Shown: piece after piece, positions 17,563 through 27,834 of the stretch | Numbering within the stretch: the stretch's first letter is position 1 | Layout: each line of letters starts with the position of its first letter | NCBI RefSeq assembly: GCF_023169545.1 | Contig: NZ_AP019769.1 | Coordinates: 210,001 to 242,000, forward strand | Direction: 5' to 3' | Length of the DNA: 32,000 bases | Source: Nanobdella aerobiophila | Lineage (GTDB): Archaea > Nanobdellota > Nanobdellia > Nanobdellales > Nanobdellaceae | Program-made: the position numbers and the translations under genes | Notes under the pieces: model-generated | The model's database searches: none | What the model was told of the DNA's origin: nothing | Seen by the model: only the letters and a program-made list of their open reading frames with translations

Positions 17563-18342
17563 ATGGATAAAATGTATTTAAGATTTGTTAAATATTTTTT
17601 TAGAAATCCTATTTTAACTACTAAATATATATTTTATAGGAAAATACTAAAGAGGGATAAGTTTAGATATAGAGGTATATTAATTGATTATGGTATATTT
17701 TGGGGTTTTGTTAATAATTTTTTTAGCCTTAAAGATATTAAAAAAATATCAGAAGACGAAATTATTATAAATATTAAAAATTTAGGAAAATTTTATGTAA
17801 AAAATTCTATTCCCGTTTCAGATATAACTGATTATAATATACTGAATGTTAAAGATAAAGTTGTATTAGATATTGGAGCATATGTAGGAGATAGTTCAAT
17901 ATATTTTATTAGAAGAGGTGCAAAGAAAGTATATACATATGAAGCAGTAAAAGATATCTATAATACACTAGTGAAAAATATTGAATTAAATAATTTACAA
18001 GATAAAATTATACCAATAAATAAAGGAATAGATTGTAATAAAGGAGAAAATTATATAAATATAAATTATAGTGCTACAGGCTTGGAAGTAGGTAATGAAA
18101 AAATAGAAACAATACCAATAAAAGATGCATTTGAAGAAATATATAATAAAGAAGGAGAATTTGTGGCAAAAATAGATTGTGAAGGATGTGAATATTCTTT
18201 ATTATGTTTACCAGATAACATATTAAAATATTCAAAAGAATATGTAATTGAAATACATGGCTCCCCTCAATTATTAATATCTAAATTTTTAAGGAATGGA
18301 TATAAAGTAAAAAGAATAGATAGAGATAATAAATGGTATTGA
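17563..18342 (+). CDS. FkbM-family SAM-dependent methyltransferase
   Basis: VLDIGAYVGDSSIYF (SAM-binding motif I as in FkbM proteins) and KIDCEGCEY (the family-typical K-I/M-D-x-E-G-x-E). Confidence 0.65.
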   Translation: MDKMYLRFVKYFFRNPILTTKYIFYRKILKRDKFRYRGILIDYGIFWGFVNNFFSLKDIKKISEDEIIINIKNLGKFYVKNSIPVSDITDYNILNVKDKVVLDIGAYVGDSSIYFIRRGAKKVYTYEAVKDIYNTLVKNIELNNLQDKIIPINKGIDCNKGENYININYSATGLEVGNEKIETIPIKDAFEEIYNKEGEFVAKIDCEGCEYSLLCLPDNILKYSKEYVIEIHGSPQLLISKFLRNGYKVKRIDRDNKWY

Positions 18343-18382
18343 GGAGTATATTATTTTTATATTTAAAATTAAATTATTAAAA

Positions 18383-19547
18383 ATGGGTTATATCTATATG
18401 TTTGATAATTTGGATTTTACTGTAGGAGTATATAGAGCATTAGTTAGTCTTTTATATTTAAAAGATTATGAATTATATATTCCTCGAAATACAAAATATA
18501 TACAAATAGAAAATACTAAAAAATTATTAGAAGAGGAAATAAAAGATAAAATAATTGAAATATTAAAGTCTGCGAATGTTTTACCACCTATTCCAAAGAA
18601 AAAAATGTTAAAAATCTTCTATTATAAAAAGCTTAGTAAGATATTTAGTGAACCAATTTATTATCCAGGAGAGAATTTTTTATTTAGAGAATATTATTTT
18701 AACGAAAAATTACAATTAATGCAACTTTTACCAGGTGTTGGTTCTTATATATATGAAAAAAATAGCAAATTTTATAATTTACTTCAAAATGTTAAACTTA
18801 ATGATTTCTTAATAAACAGAAGTAATAAACTATTAGTTAAATATTTGTATAATTTAATAAAATTGAAAGTATTTAATAATGGAATTTATTTATCTGTGTC
18901 AAAAAGTCATCCATATGAGTTTAAAAGATTAGGAATAAAAAGTAAAATATTTACTATAGATCCTGGAAATGGTATTTTTCATAAAGAATTAGATAATAGT
19001 AAAGATTATGATTTAATTTATATTGGTAGAGCTACACCAGATAAAGGATTTTTAGATTTAATATATATTTTACAATATTTAGATAAAAATATTAATAAAA
19101 AAATAAAGATTATAGTCATAGTAAGAGATAGAACAGAATTATTAGATAAATTATTAAATACAAAATTTAGAAATATTGAGATTATATATTTAAGTAAGAT
19201 TCCTAGAGAAAAATTAAGAGAATTATTGGCTAAGACCAAAATTTTTATTTTTCCATCAAAAGTTGAAGGACTTAGTTTAAGTTATCTTAGAAGCTCTAGA
19301 TAGTGGTACTCCTGTGATAGCATATGGTATTCCATCAATAAGGTATAATTTTAAAGATTTGAAGTCTGTAATAAAAGTACCTACTAATAATTATATTTTA
19401 TTTGCAAAATATATTATTAATTTGTTAGAAAGTGGAGATTTAGAAAAATTATATAGAATTGCCAAAGAAGAAGCTAAATTATTTAATTGGAAGGATGTAT
19501 TTAGAAGTGAAGAAAAGTTAATAAAAAAGGTTATAAAAATTATATAA
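18383..19547 (+). pseudogene. GT1/GT4-family glycosyltransferase interrupted by a +1 frameshift near nt 19286
   Basis: ORF 18383..19303 ends ...FPSKVEGLSLSYLRSSR*. Shifting one frame from nt 19287 reads LEALDSGTPVIAYGIPSIR..., continuous with ORF 19314..19547. This restores the canonical GT1 motif E-G-x-x-x-x-x-LEA-x-x-x-G-x-P-V-I. Removing one nucleotide near 19286 restores a single ~387-aa ORF. Confidence 0.7.
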
Positions 19548-19559
19548 AATTAAATTTAT

Positions 19560-20831
19560 ATGAAAATAGGATTTTTAACATCATTTGGAGTTTTATTTAA
19601 AAGTGGGGGAGGTTCAGATGTAAATGCGAGAAATATATTATTAAATTTAAAAGATTTTGACAATGTTATTTTGTTTCCGTTAATAGATGAAATATTGGAA
19701 AAATTTGAGGATATTTGTAACAATATAAATAAAGTAAAAGAAATAGAGTTGCCATATAGTTTATATAAGATATGCGATAGTAGAAAAAATTATAATTATA
19801 TGGAGATATTAAATATGTTAGTTGAAGATGCAAAAAATGTTGATGTATTTTATGATTCTACAATAAGAATACATAGAAAAAATATATCTAAAAATTTTTT
19901 AAAATATTTACTCAGTAAAAATATACCTTGTGATGATAATTTATGTGTTGAAGGATACTGGATAGCAAAATTAGCGAATAAAAAAATTGTAATAGAACAT
20001 CAGGAAGATATAAAATCATTAAATTATGGTATTAATTTTTTAATTAATGGATTAAGATATAAAATTTATAATCCATTTTATGGTATGGAAAATTATTTAT
20101 ATTTTCTTAAGATGTCAAAAATAGAAAAGATAATAGAAGATCCTTTGGTAAAATATTATCTATTTTTAAGTAAAGGACAATATGAACATTTAAAAATAAA
20201 AAATAATCCAAAAATAAAATTATTAAAATATGGCAATGCATTTGATAAAGAATTATTAAATTATAGAACTAAAAATAAAGAAAATTATATTGTATTTTAT
20301 GCTAGAATGCACTATCATAAAGGAATATATGAATTACCATATATAATTAAAGAATTAAAGAAATATGATAAAGATATTAAGTTAAAAATATTTGGAAAGT
20401 TTTCTATAGAAAAGCAAAAGAAAGATTTCTTTAATTTAATTAAAAAATTTAATTTAGAAAATAATATTGAATATTTAGGATTTATATCTGAAGAAGAAAA
20501 GTATAAGATTGTATCAAAAGCAAAAGTTTTACTATATCCTACTCATTATGATGCATTTTCATTGGTTATACTTGAATCTTTAGCTTTAGGCACTCCCATA
20601 ATATCTTATAATATCCCTACAGTTTATTACATATATAAAGATTTACCAATAGTAAAATTTGTAAAGGAATTTGATATAAAATCTATGGCAAAAGAAATTT
20701 ATAATATCTTAAAATTAGATGATGATAAATATTTTGAATTAATATATAATGAGAAAGTAAATAAATTTTTAGAGGAACATAGTAATTGGAAAAAAGTTGC
20801 TGAAGAAATATATAATTACTTAAAGAATTAA
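19560..20831 (+). CDS. GT1/GT4-family glycosyltransferase (423 aa)
   Basis: The C-terminal Rossmann half has YPTHYDAFSLVILESLALGTPIISYN (the E-x7-E region) and the preceding FYARMHYHKGI. Confidence 0.75.
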   Translation: MKIGFLTSFGVLFKSGGGSDVNARNILLNLKDFDNVILFPLIDEILEKFEDICNNINKVKEIELPYSLYKICDSRKNYNYMEILNMLVEDAKNVDVFYDSTIRIHRKNISKNFLKYLLSKNIPCDDNLCVEGYWIAKLANKKIVIEHQEDIKSLNYGINFLINGLRYKIYNPFYGMENYLYFLKMSKIEKIIEDPLVKYYLFLSKGQYEHLKIKNNPKIKLLKYGNAFDKELLNYRTKNKENYIVFYARMHYHKGIYELPYIIKELKKYDKDIKLKIFGKFSIEKQKKDFFNLIKKFNLENNIEYLGFISEEEKYKIVSKAKVLLYPTHYDAFSLVILESLALGTPIISYNIPTVYYIYKDLPIVKFVKEFDIKSMAKEIYNILKLDDDKYFELIYNEKVNKFLEEHSNWKKVAEEIYNYLKN

Positions 20832-21691
20832 ATTATACTACTATATAACTTTATTAGTTTTTCTGCATGGGCTGTCCATGTTAAATTATTTTTAACAATC
20901 CATTCTCTTAGTCCTCTTAATTCTGGAAGTTCTTCATTCTTTATTTTATTAAGTATTATTTCTAATTCCTCAAAATTATTTACTTTATATATTGGTAGTA
21001 TTTCTCCTATTCCATAATTACTCCCTATTATGTATGGAACTTCGCATGCCGTGGCCTCCAACCAAACCATATTAAAACCTGCATATTTAGGTGGTAAAGA
21101 TATAAATATTGATATTTGATTATATAATTTCGGTAATTCTTCATATGGATAGGCCCCACTTTGAATATAGTTTATCTTTAATTTTCTCAATATCTTTATA
21201 ATTTTATCTGAATTATATTTTTGAAATATACCAGCCAAATAATTTTCTCTTTCTATGTTTTCATATCTTTTAAATAAATCTAAATCTACACCATTTGGTA
21301 TATATGTAGTTTCCGGATACTTTTTTAACATTTTTGGAGATATTACTACAACTCTTTTTCCTAATTTTTTTACTATATGATCTTCAAAATATTTTGCCAA
21401 GGGGTTTGCTGGTGATCCATGCAAGGTAACTATTAAGTTTTTTATATTCGCTTTGACAGCTGGATATGCAATCGACCAATCATGGGCATGTATAATGTCA
21501 TATTCTTTACTCCATTTTTCATATAATTCCTTTAATTTTCTATAAGAACTTATAAAACTAGGTAGTTTAAGATCTTCATTTCTAGTTATAACATCTACTT
21601 CTGTTCCTCTCTTTTCCAGTTCTTTCTTTACGTATTCTATATGAATGTTCACACCCCCTATTTTTGCTTTTTCTACAAATAACACTCTCAT
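20828..21691 (-). CDS. GT1/GT4-family glycosyltransferase (short, 287 aa)
   Basis: N-terminal MRVLFVE...GGVNIHI, then HAHDWS, NGVD and WLEATACEVPYI. The ATGA overlap with the upstream GT2 gene suggests one operon. Confidence 0.6.
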   Translation of the reverse strand: MRVLFVEKAKIGGVNIHIEYVKKELEKRGTEVDVITRNEDLKLPSFISSYRKLKELYEKWSKEYDIIHAHDWSIAYPAVKANIKNLIVTLHGSPANPLAKYFEDHIVKKLGKRVVVISPKMLKKYPETTYIPNGVDLDLFKRYENIERENYLAGIFQKYNSDKIIKILRKLKINYIQSGAYPYEELPKLYNQISIFISLPPKYAGFNMVWLEATACEVPYIIGSNYGIGEILPIYKVNNFEELEIILNKIKNEELPELRGLREWIVKNNLTWTAHAEKLIKLYSSII

Positions 21692-22713
21692 TTTATAAAT
21701 CCTTTAATAAATCCTGTTTGATATGCAAGCCTTTTCGTTAATTCCAATATTGGTATATATATTATTCCTAAAAAATCTTTAGATTTAATATAGTATTTAA
21801 TTCCTAAATACAATAAATATAATATTATCAAAGATAATACTAGAATAAATAATTTAATTAAAAATATTGCGGAAAATACTAAAATCAATATTAAAAGCCA
21901 AAATCCTAAGAAAAATATTAATAATTTTTTATATTTTAAAATATTTCCTTGTAAAACATCCCCAATTGCATATTTCTCAAATTTTCTATAAAATTCTTTT
22001 ATATTTCTGGGTACTTTCCAATATACTTTTGCATTTTTATCGAATACAAACTTATAATCTCTATTTAAGACTTCTAGGTGAAATTTTGTATCCTCGCCGG
22101 TAACAAAAATTTCAGGATATCCTCCAATTTTTTCCCATACATATTTAAAATATGCACTAGCCCTAGAGCTTATCCTTGATGGAACTTTATTCTGTTTTTC
22201 AGGATCTTTTATTAACATATATCCGGCAAATTTTTCAAATCTACTATCTTTCATCGTATAGGTTACACCCTGAACAAATTCTCCTTCTTTTATATCCTTT
22301 AATTCTTCAATATTAATTCCTTTATTATTTAAATATTTTACAAAATCTTCTTTTTTTATATTAAATTTGTCTAAATGATTTAAAATATATTTTAATAATG
22401 ATTTTGTAATCTCTCGTACATATTCTCTATCATATTTGCATCCAGCATCGGAGGTTACAATTATTATTCCAGAAGAATTTTTTATTGCAACATTTCTCCC
22501 TTTTGCAACATTTGCTCCTTTTTCTTGAATTATTTTTACAAAATCGTATTTTTTTTCATATTCTTTTAGTATTTCATATGTTTTATCTTCAGATCCACCG
22601 TCTACAATTATAATTTCATCAGGTAATAATGTTTGATTCAATATAGATTCCATGAAATCTTTTATAGAATCTTCTTCATTTAGCACAGTAGAAATCAAAG
22701 ATATTATTTTCAT
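21688..22713 (-). CDS. GT2-family glycosyltransferase with C-terminal TM helices
   Basis: ISLISTVLNEEDSIKDFMESILNQTLLPDEIIIVDGGSEDKTYEIL and SDAG (DxD-equivalent). The hydrophobic C-terminus reads LLIFFLGFWLLILILVF.... Confidence 0.8.
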   Translation of the reverse strand: MKIISLISTVLNEEDSIKDFMESILNQTLLPDEIIIVDGGSEDKTYEILKEYEKKYDFVKIIQEKGANVAKGRNVAIKNSSGIIIVTSDAGCKYDREYVREITKSLLKYILNHLDKFNIKKEDFVKYLNNKGINIEELKDIKEGEFVQGVTYTMKDSRFEKFAGYMLIKDPEKQNKVPSRISSRASAYFKYVWEKIGGYPEIFVTGEDTKFHLEVLNRDYKFVFDKNAKVYWKVPRNIKEFYRKFEKYAIGDVLQGNILKYKKLLIFFLGFWLLILILVFSAIFLIKLFILVLSLIILYLLYLGIKYYIKSKDFLGIIYIPILELTKRLAYQTGFIKGFIK

Positions 22714-23789
22714 AAATAATATTTTTTTATAATTTTTATAATCTTTTTTGATACTCCTGGTTTTCCGTATGGATTTTCATAATTTTTATTATACCTCTCT
22801 TCTAGGAATTCATTTATTTTTTTCATAGTCTCTTTAATATTTAATTTAGATAAATAGTTTATTCCAGTATATAATCCTTCGGTTCTTTCAGTTTTCATCC
22901 TCAGTAATATGGAAGGTATTCTAAATATTATGCTCTCTTCCTGTATACTTCCTCCATCTGTTAATAATATCCTTGATTTAGATAAGTATCTTATAAATGT
23001 TATATAGTCCGTAGGATTGATAATTTCTATATTTTTATTATTTTCTAGATATTTTAATAATTCATATTTCTCTAAAGCTTTTTTTGTATTATCATATAGA
23101 GGCATAATCAACTTGATCTTTTTTGATGTTTCTGCTATTATTTTTATAATCTTTGCCATTCTTAATTTACTCTTCAAATTTTCATGTCTATGTATTGAAA
23201 TCAAGCCATATTCTTCATCAGGAATGTTTATATCTTTTCCTAAGTTATATGCTAATAATGCTGAATCATTAATTGTATTACCGACATTATATATATCTTT
23301 TTTCCATGGAAATTGTTTTTTAATATTTATATAAGATGCTTTCGATACAGGAAATAGTATATTAGAAAAATAATCTGCAATATTTCTTATTATTTCTTCT
23401 GGAAATGGTTCAAAAGGATCCCAAGATCTTAATCCAGCTTCAATATGTACAGTTTTTATTCTTTTTAGAAATCCGGCAAAAGAACCTGAAAAAGTAGCAA
23501 TTGTATCTCCATGTACAATTATAATATCATCTTTATTTAAAGTATTTTTTATTATAAAAGATGTCTTTATTCCAAATCTTATTGCTTCTCTTGTATTTAA
23601 TTCAAATCCTTTTCTGGGTTTTATTATATATTTATAATTTATTTTATCTTTTATATCAAATTTTTCTAATATATAATCAACATCATGTTGTCCCGTGAAT
23701 AATACTTCATACTCTAAATCCTTGCATTCTATTATTAAAGGTATCATCTTAATTAATTCAGCTCTGGTACCTATTATAACTTTTATCAT
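22710..23789 (-). CDS. wecB: UDP-N-acetylglucosamine 2-epimerase (non-hydrolysing, WecB/MnaA family)
   Basis: IGTRAELIKMIPLI, VHGDT, HIEAGLRSWDPFEPFPEEIIRNIAD, HRHEN and TDGGSIQEE, all in the typical family order. Confidence 0.85.
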   Translation of the reverse strand: MIKVIIGTRAELIKMIPLIIECKDLEYEVLFTGQHDVDYILEKFDIKDKINYKYIIKPRKGFELNTREAIRFGIKTSFIIKNTLNKDDIIIVHGDTIATFSGSFAGFLKRIKTVHIEAGLRSWDPFEPFPEEIIRNIADYFSNILFPVSKASYINIKKQFPWKKDIYNVGNTINDSALLAYNLGKDINIPDEEYGLISIHRHENLKSKLRMAKIIKIIAETSKKIKLIMPLYDNTKKALEKYELLKYLENNKNIEIINPTDYITFIRYLSKSRILLTDGGSIQEESIIFRIPSILLRMKTERTEGLYTGINYLSKLNIKETMKKINEFLEERYNKNYENPYGKPGVSKKIIKIIKKYYL

Positions 23790-23828
23790 TAAACATATAC
23801 TTTAAATAAGTATTTATAATTATATTTT

Positions 23829-24914
23829 ATGAAGAAAGTAATAATAGAATTTCCCTGGAATTTTATAGATTCACAGTATTATAAAAATCTAATAAATTAT
23901 CCGCCGCAAGGATTTATATATTTAAATAAGATAAATAGGGAATTATTGATAACAAATCCAAAAAAGTTTTCTAGTTATGTAAAATTAAAAGAGGTTGGTA
24001 GGAGAATATTACAAAAAACGAATATATCTATACCAATTATAAAATTTAATAAGTACAATACTGATATTGTTCATTGCGCTAGATGTTTTTCATTAAGAAA
24101 TAATTATGTAGTAGATGTCGAAATATATTATTCTTTAGTATATGATATGAGTGATTTATCATCTAGAAGGCCATATTTGAATGTAGTAAGGAATTTGTTA
24201 ACAAGGGATAATTGTAAAAGAATACTTCCGTGGACATATGCATCATACAATACATTTCCAAAGGAAATAAGAGAAAACAAAAAAATTAGAGAAAAGATAG
24301 ATATATTATATCCGGCAGTGCCGGAGCATAAAATAAAAAGCATAAAACATGAAAAAATAACTTTACTACATATAGGACGATATTTTTATGGGAAAGGAGG
24401 ATTATATATATTGGAATTATATAGGAAGCTAAAAGAAAAATATGATATAGAAACCATATTGATTTCTTTAACAATTCCAGATATATTAGTTAAGAAATAT
24501 GGAAAATATGGAATAAAGATATATAAATCTGTATCTGCGGATAAATTATATAGTAACATTTTTCCTTCTACCGATATCTTTACTTATGGAAGTTTTTCTG
24601 AAACATTTGGATTTGCAATGGTAGAAGCTTTATCTTATAAAATTCCTATAATAACTTATGATGGATTTTCAAAAAAAGAAATAATAGATGAGGGAAAAAA
24701 TGGATATATAATACCCGTAAAGGAAAATTATAGTATATATAAAGTTAATGAAGAATTATTAAATCAATTTTATGAAAAAACAGTAGAATTAATAGAGAAT
24801 CCCTCATTGTTAAAAGAATTTTCTAGAAATGCATATAAAAAGTATAAGGAAAGATTTTCTATAGAAGTTAGGAATAAAAAATTAAAGGAAATATATGAAG
24901 AAAGTATAGATTAA
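23829..24914 (+). CDS. GT1/GT4-family glycosyltransferase (361 aa)
   Basis: HIGRYFYGKGG and SFSETFGFAMVEALSYKIPIITYD...GKNGYII (the GT1 C-terminal signature). Confidence 0.7.
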   Translation: MKKVIIEFPWNFIDSQYYKNLINYPPQGFIYLNKINRELLITNPKKFSSYVKLKEVGRRILQKTNISIPIIKFNKYNTDIVHCARCFSLRNNYVVDVEIYYSLVYDMSDLSSRRPYLNVVRNLLTRDNCKRILPWTYASYNTFPKEIRENKKIREKIDILYPAVPEHKIKSIKHEKITLLHIGRYFYGKGGLYILELYRKLKEKYDIETILISLTIPDILVKKYGKYGIKIYKSVSADKLYSNIFPSTDIFTYGSFSETFGFAMVEALSYKIPIITYDGFSKKEIIDEGKNGYIIPVKENYSIYKVNEELLNQFYEKTVELIENPSLLKEFSRNAYKKYKERFSIEVRNKKLKEIYEESID

Positions 24915-26449
24915 TATTTTTCATAGCCCTTTACAATAGGATTATCTATTGTATATTTAGTTAATATTTTTACTGCATTATTTTCTATTTGTTTCTTTAT
25001 CATTGGGAATGGTATAACTTCTTTTATACTATTAATATTATTTATTAACATTATTACCCTATCGATTCCTAAACCCATACCACCCGCTGGTGGCATTCCA
25101 TACATTAATGCTTCTATAAAATCCTGGTCATATAAATGTGCTTCCTCAAATCCTAACTCTCTCATTTTCGATTGTTCTAATAATAGTTTATTTTGTAATA
25201 TAGGATCATTTAATTCAGAATATATATTATTTATTTCTACACCCAATATATATCCTTCTGCTCTTTCGACTAATGTAGGATCTTTTCTACTTATCTTACA
25301 TAAAGGTGTAGATTCTTTTGGATGCTCTATAATATATGTAGGTTCAATTAATTTCTTTTCTACTAGATTTTCAAATAATGCAGTAATTGCTAATCCTCTA
25401 TTATACTCATTTAATTCTAATTTTATATTATAATTATTTAATTCTTCCTCTAGCTCTTTATCGGATAATTTATCAACATCAATATTTGTATATTCTTTTA
25501 TAGCTTCTTTCATTGTTAACCTTTTCCAAGGTGGTTTTAATGATATTTTTTTATCATTATATTCAATATAATCTTTTCCAATTACATCTTTTGCAATTCC
25601 ATATACTAATTTTTCTGTAATTTCCATCATTTTATCTCTATCGGAGTATGCTTCATATGCTTCTAGCATAGTAAATTCAGGATTATGAGTTACATCTATA
25701 GATTCGTTTCTAAAATCCGTTGCTATTTCAAATACCTTATCAAATCCACCTACTAAATATCTTTTTAGATATAGTTCTGGTGCTATTCTTAAATACCAAT
25801 CTTCTTTTAAATCATTTACTCTTGTAATGAATGGTTTTGCATTTGCTCCCCCATATATAGGCTGTAATATGGGTGTTTGAACTTCTATATATCCTAAATC
25901 TTCAAAATATTTTCTTATATAATTTAATACTTTAAATCTAATCTTAAATAATTCTTTTACATTATCATTCATTAAAAAATCTAAATATCTCTTTCTATAT
26001 CTCTCTTCTGTATCTGATAAGCCATACCATTGATCTGGTAATGATATTAATGCTTTTGTTAATAATATCCATTCTTCTCCAAATATTGATAATTCTCCTG
26101 CTTTTGTTTTTCCTACTTTTCCATATATACCTATTATATCACCTCTCTGTAAAAAATTAAATGCATCTTCATATCTTTTCGTTATATCATCCTTTAATAC
26201 TATTTGAATTTTATAAGAATCTTCTTTTATATCATAAAAAGATATTTTTCCATGTTTTCTTATAGAGTATATTCTACCAGTAATTTTTACGTATTTATCT
26301 ATATAATTTTCTTGATTCAAAATAATATCTTTTATATCATCTGTTTTTTCAAATTCGTATGGAAATGGGTTATATCCTTTCTCTTTTATTTTTTCTAAAA
26401 TATTTAGTCTGTCAATTATATCTTTTTCTAATCCACTTTCTATATCCAT
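24911..26449 (-). CDS. lysS: Lysyl-tRNA synthetase, class II
   Basis: N-terminal RLNILEKIKEKGYNPFPYEF and an OB anticodon-binding region. Class II motifs: 2 (FRNESIDVTHNPEFTMLE) and 3 (GGMGLGIDRVIMLI). The C-terminus carries a ~30-aa extension. Confidence 0.88.
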   Translation of the reverse strand: MDIESGLEKDIIDRLNILEKIKEKGYNPFPYEFEKTDDIKDIILNQENYIDKYVKITGRIYSIRKHGKISFYDIKEDSYKIQIVLKDDITKRYEDAFNFLQRGDIIGIYGKVGKTKAGELSIFGEEWILLTKALISLPDQWYGLSDTEERYRKRYLDFLMNDNVKELFKIRFKVLNYIRKYFEDLGYIEVQTPILQPIYGGANAKPFITRVNDLKEDWYLRIAPELYLKRYLVGGFDKVFEIATDFRNESIDVTHNPEFTMLEAYEAYSDRDKMMEITEKLVYGIAKDVIGKDYIEYNDKKISLKPPWKRLTMKEAIKEYTNIDVDKLSDKELEEELNNYNIKLELNEYNRGLAITALFENLVEKKLIEPTYIIEHPKESTPLCKISRKDPTLVERAEGYILGVEINNIYSELNDPILQNKLLLEQSKMRELGFEEAHLYDQDFIEALMYGMPPAGGMGLGIDRVIMLINNINSIKEVIPFPMIKKQIENNAVKILTKYTIDNPIVKGYEKY

Positions 26450-26499
26450 TTTATTTTTATTTTAAATACCTTTAAAAAATTTATATAAAAACCTTTATA

Positions 26500-27231
26500 A
26501 TGATATTATTACATAAAAAGACTGGAAAAAAATTTTATCTAGAAAATAAAGATAAAGATTTTAATACACATTTTGGAATAATAAAAAAAGAAGATTTAAA
26601 TAAAGAACCTGGAAGTATAGTAAAATCACATTTAGGAGAAGAATTTATAATATTTGAAGATAATTTCAATGATATAATTGGATATTTAAAATTAGGTCCT
26701 CAATCCGTACATAAAAAGGATATAGGTCTATTATATTCATTAGTTCCAATTTATTCTGGCATGAAAATTGTAGAAGGAGGAACTGGTTCAGGTATTTTAA
26801 CATCATATTTGGCAAATTCTGTAAAACCTAATGGAAAAGTATATTCATATGAAATTAGAAAAGATTTTTATAAAATTGCCAAGAAAAATTTTGAAAAATT
26901 AAAATTGCTGGATTATATAGAATTAAAATTAAAGGATATTAATAATGGGATTGAAGAAAAAAATGTGGATTTAATAGTATTAGATACTCCAGATCCATGG
27001 AATACATTAAATTTTGCATATGAATCATTAAAAATTGGTGGATATTTAGCATCATTTTTGCCAAATATAACTTCAGTATTAAAATTATTGGATTTAAATG
27101 AAAAATTTTTATTGATAGGTATATATGAGAATTTTGTTAGGAAATGGGAATATGTAAGAGGTAAAGTATTAAGACCGGAAAATTTTGAAATTGTTCATAC
27201 AGAATTTTTAGTATTATTTAGAAGGATATAG
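26500..27231 (+). CDS. trmI: tRNA (adenine-N1)-methyltransferase TrmI (Gcd14 family)
   Basis: VEGGTGSGILTSYLA (SAM motif I), EIRKDF, VLDTPDPW and FLPNITS are typical of TrmI/Gcd14. Confidence 0.8.
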   Translation: MILLHKKTGKKFYLENKDKDFNTHFGIIKKEDLNKEPGSIVKSHLGEEFIIFEDNFNDIIGYLKLGPQSVHKKDIGLLYSLVPIYSGMKIVEGGTGSGILTSYLANSVKPNGKVYSYEIRKDFYKIAKKNFEKLKLLDYIELKLKDINNGIEEKNVDLIVLDTPDPWNTLNFAYESLKIGGYLASFLPNITSVLKLLDLNEKFLLIGIYENFVRKWEYVRGKVLRPENFEIVHTEFLVLFRRI

Positions 27232-27794
27232 GATTTTATATAATACTCTCTTTCTAATGTATCAAATAAGTTTCTATATTTATATTGATTTATCAATAAA
27301 ATTTTTATATTACCTTTATCTGCATAACTTATTAAATCATCATTAATTAATTTATTAAAGTAATAATCAATTGATTTTTTCGTTGTATATTCAATATTAA
27401 TAATTTTTTCAACAATTTCCTGATAATCTATTACCGAATTATCACTATTATTATATAATAAAAATAGTATAGACATATATTTTGTTCTGCGGTCGAAGTA
27501 TTCGTCTTTTAATTCTGTTTTTATCAAAATTTTTTCATATTCATTGTCTATTACACTATTATCAATTTTAGATAATATATAATATTGATTATTTATTATT
27601 TTAAATATTTTTATTATTCCAATTTTTTCAAATTTGCTTAATGAGTGGAGTATCCTTTCAGATGTTATATTTAGTTTTTTTCTTTCTATTGAAAGAAATT
27701 CATCTAGATTTCCAATTTTTCTATTATTTTTAATACTAAAATTTAAAGAGTCAATTAATATATCCATATCTGATCTTTTTATTTTTTCAGACAT
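27195..27794 (-). CDS. Hypothetical protein, possibly two winged-helix-like modules
   Basis: 199-aa ORF. Two segments (ILHSLSKFEKIGIIKIFK... and YYFNKLINDDLISYADKGNIKILLI) look like wHTH recognition helix plus wing, which is weak evidence. The start may instead be the internal Met at 27767. Confidence 0.4.
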   Translation of the reverse strand: MSEKIKRSDMDILIDSLNFSIKNNRKIGNLDEFLSIERKKLNITSERILHSLSKFEKIGIIKIFKIINNQYYILSKIDNSVIDNEYEKILIKTELKDEYFDRRTKYMSILFLLYNNSDNSVIDYQEIVEKIINIEYTTKKSIDYYFNKLINDDLISYADKGNIKILLINQYKYRNLFDTLEREYYIKSYILLNNTKNSV

Positions 27795-27834
27795 GAATAA
27801 GAATATAAATATAAAATTTATTAGATTTGTATCG

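Noticed and set aside
19018-24474. Shadow ORFs 19018..19239 (-), 21867..22103 (+), 23017..23334 (+), 24128..24343 (-) and 24286..24474 (-) in the glycosyltransferase locus
   Set aside because: Each is antisense to a GT or epimerase gene with recognisable motifs.
26204-26398. Plus-strand 64-aa ORF inside lysS
   Set aside because: It is antisense to lysS, and its Phe/Ile/Tyr-rich translation is low-complexity.
27634-27834. N-terminal 67-aa extension of the Endo IV-like ORF as given in the track
   Set aside because: It would run antisense through the start of the 27195..27794 gene, and the extension is hydrophobic junk. The homologous region begins at MVEKLYFGPAGVP (ATG 27835). The ATG at 27793 remains a minor alternative.
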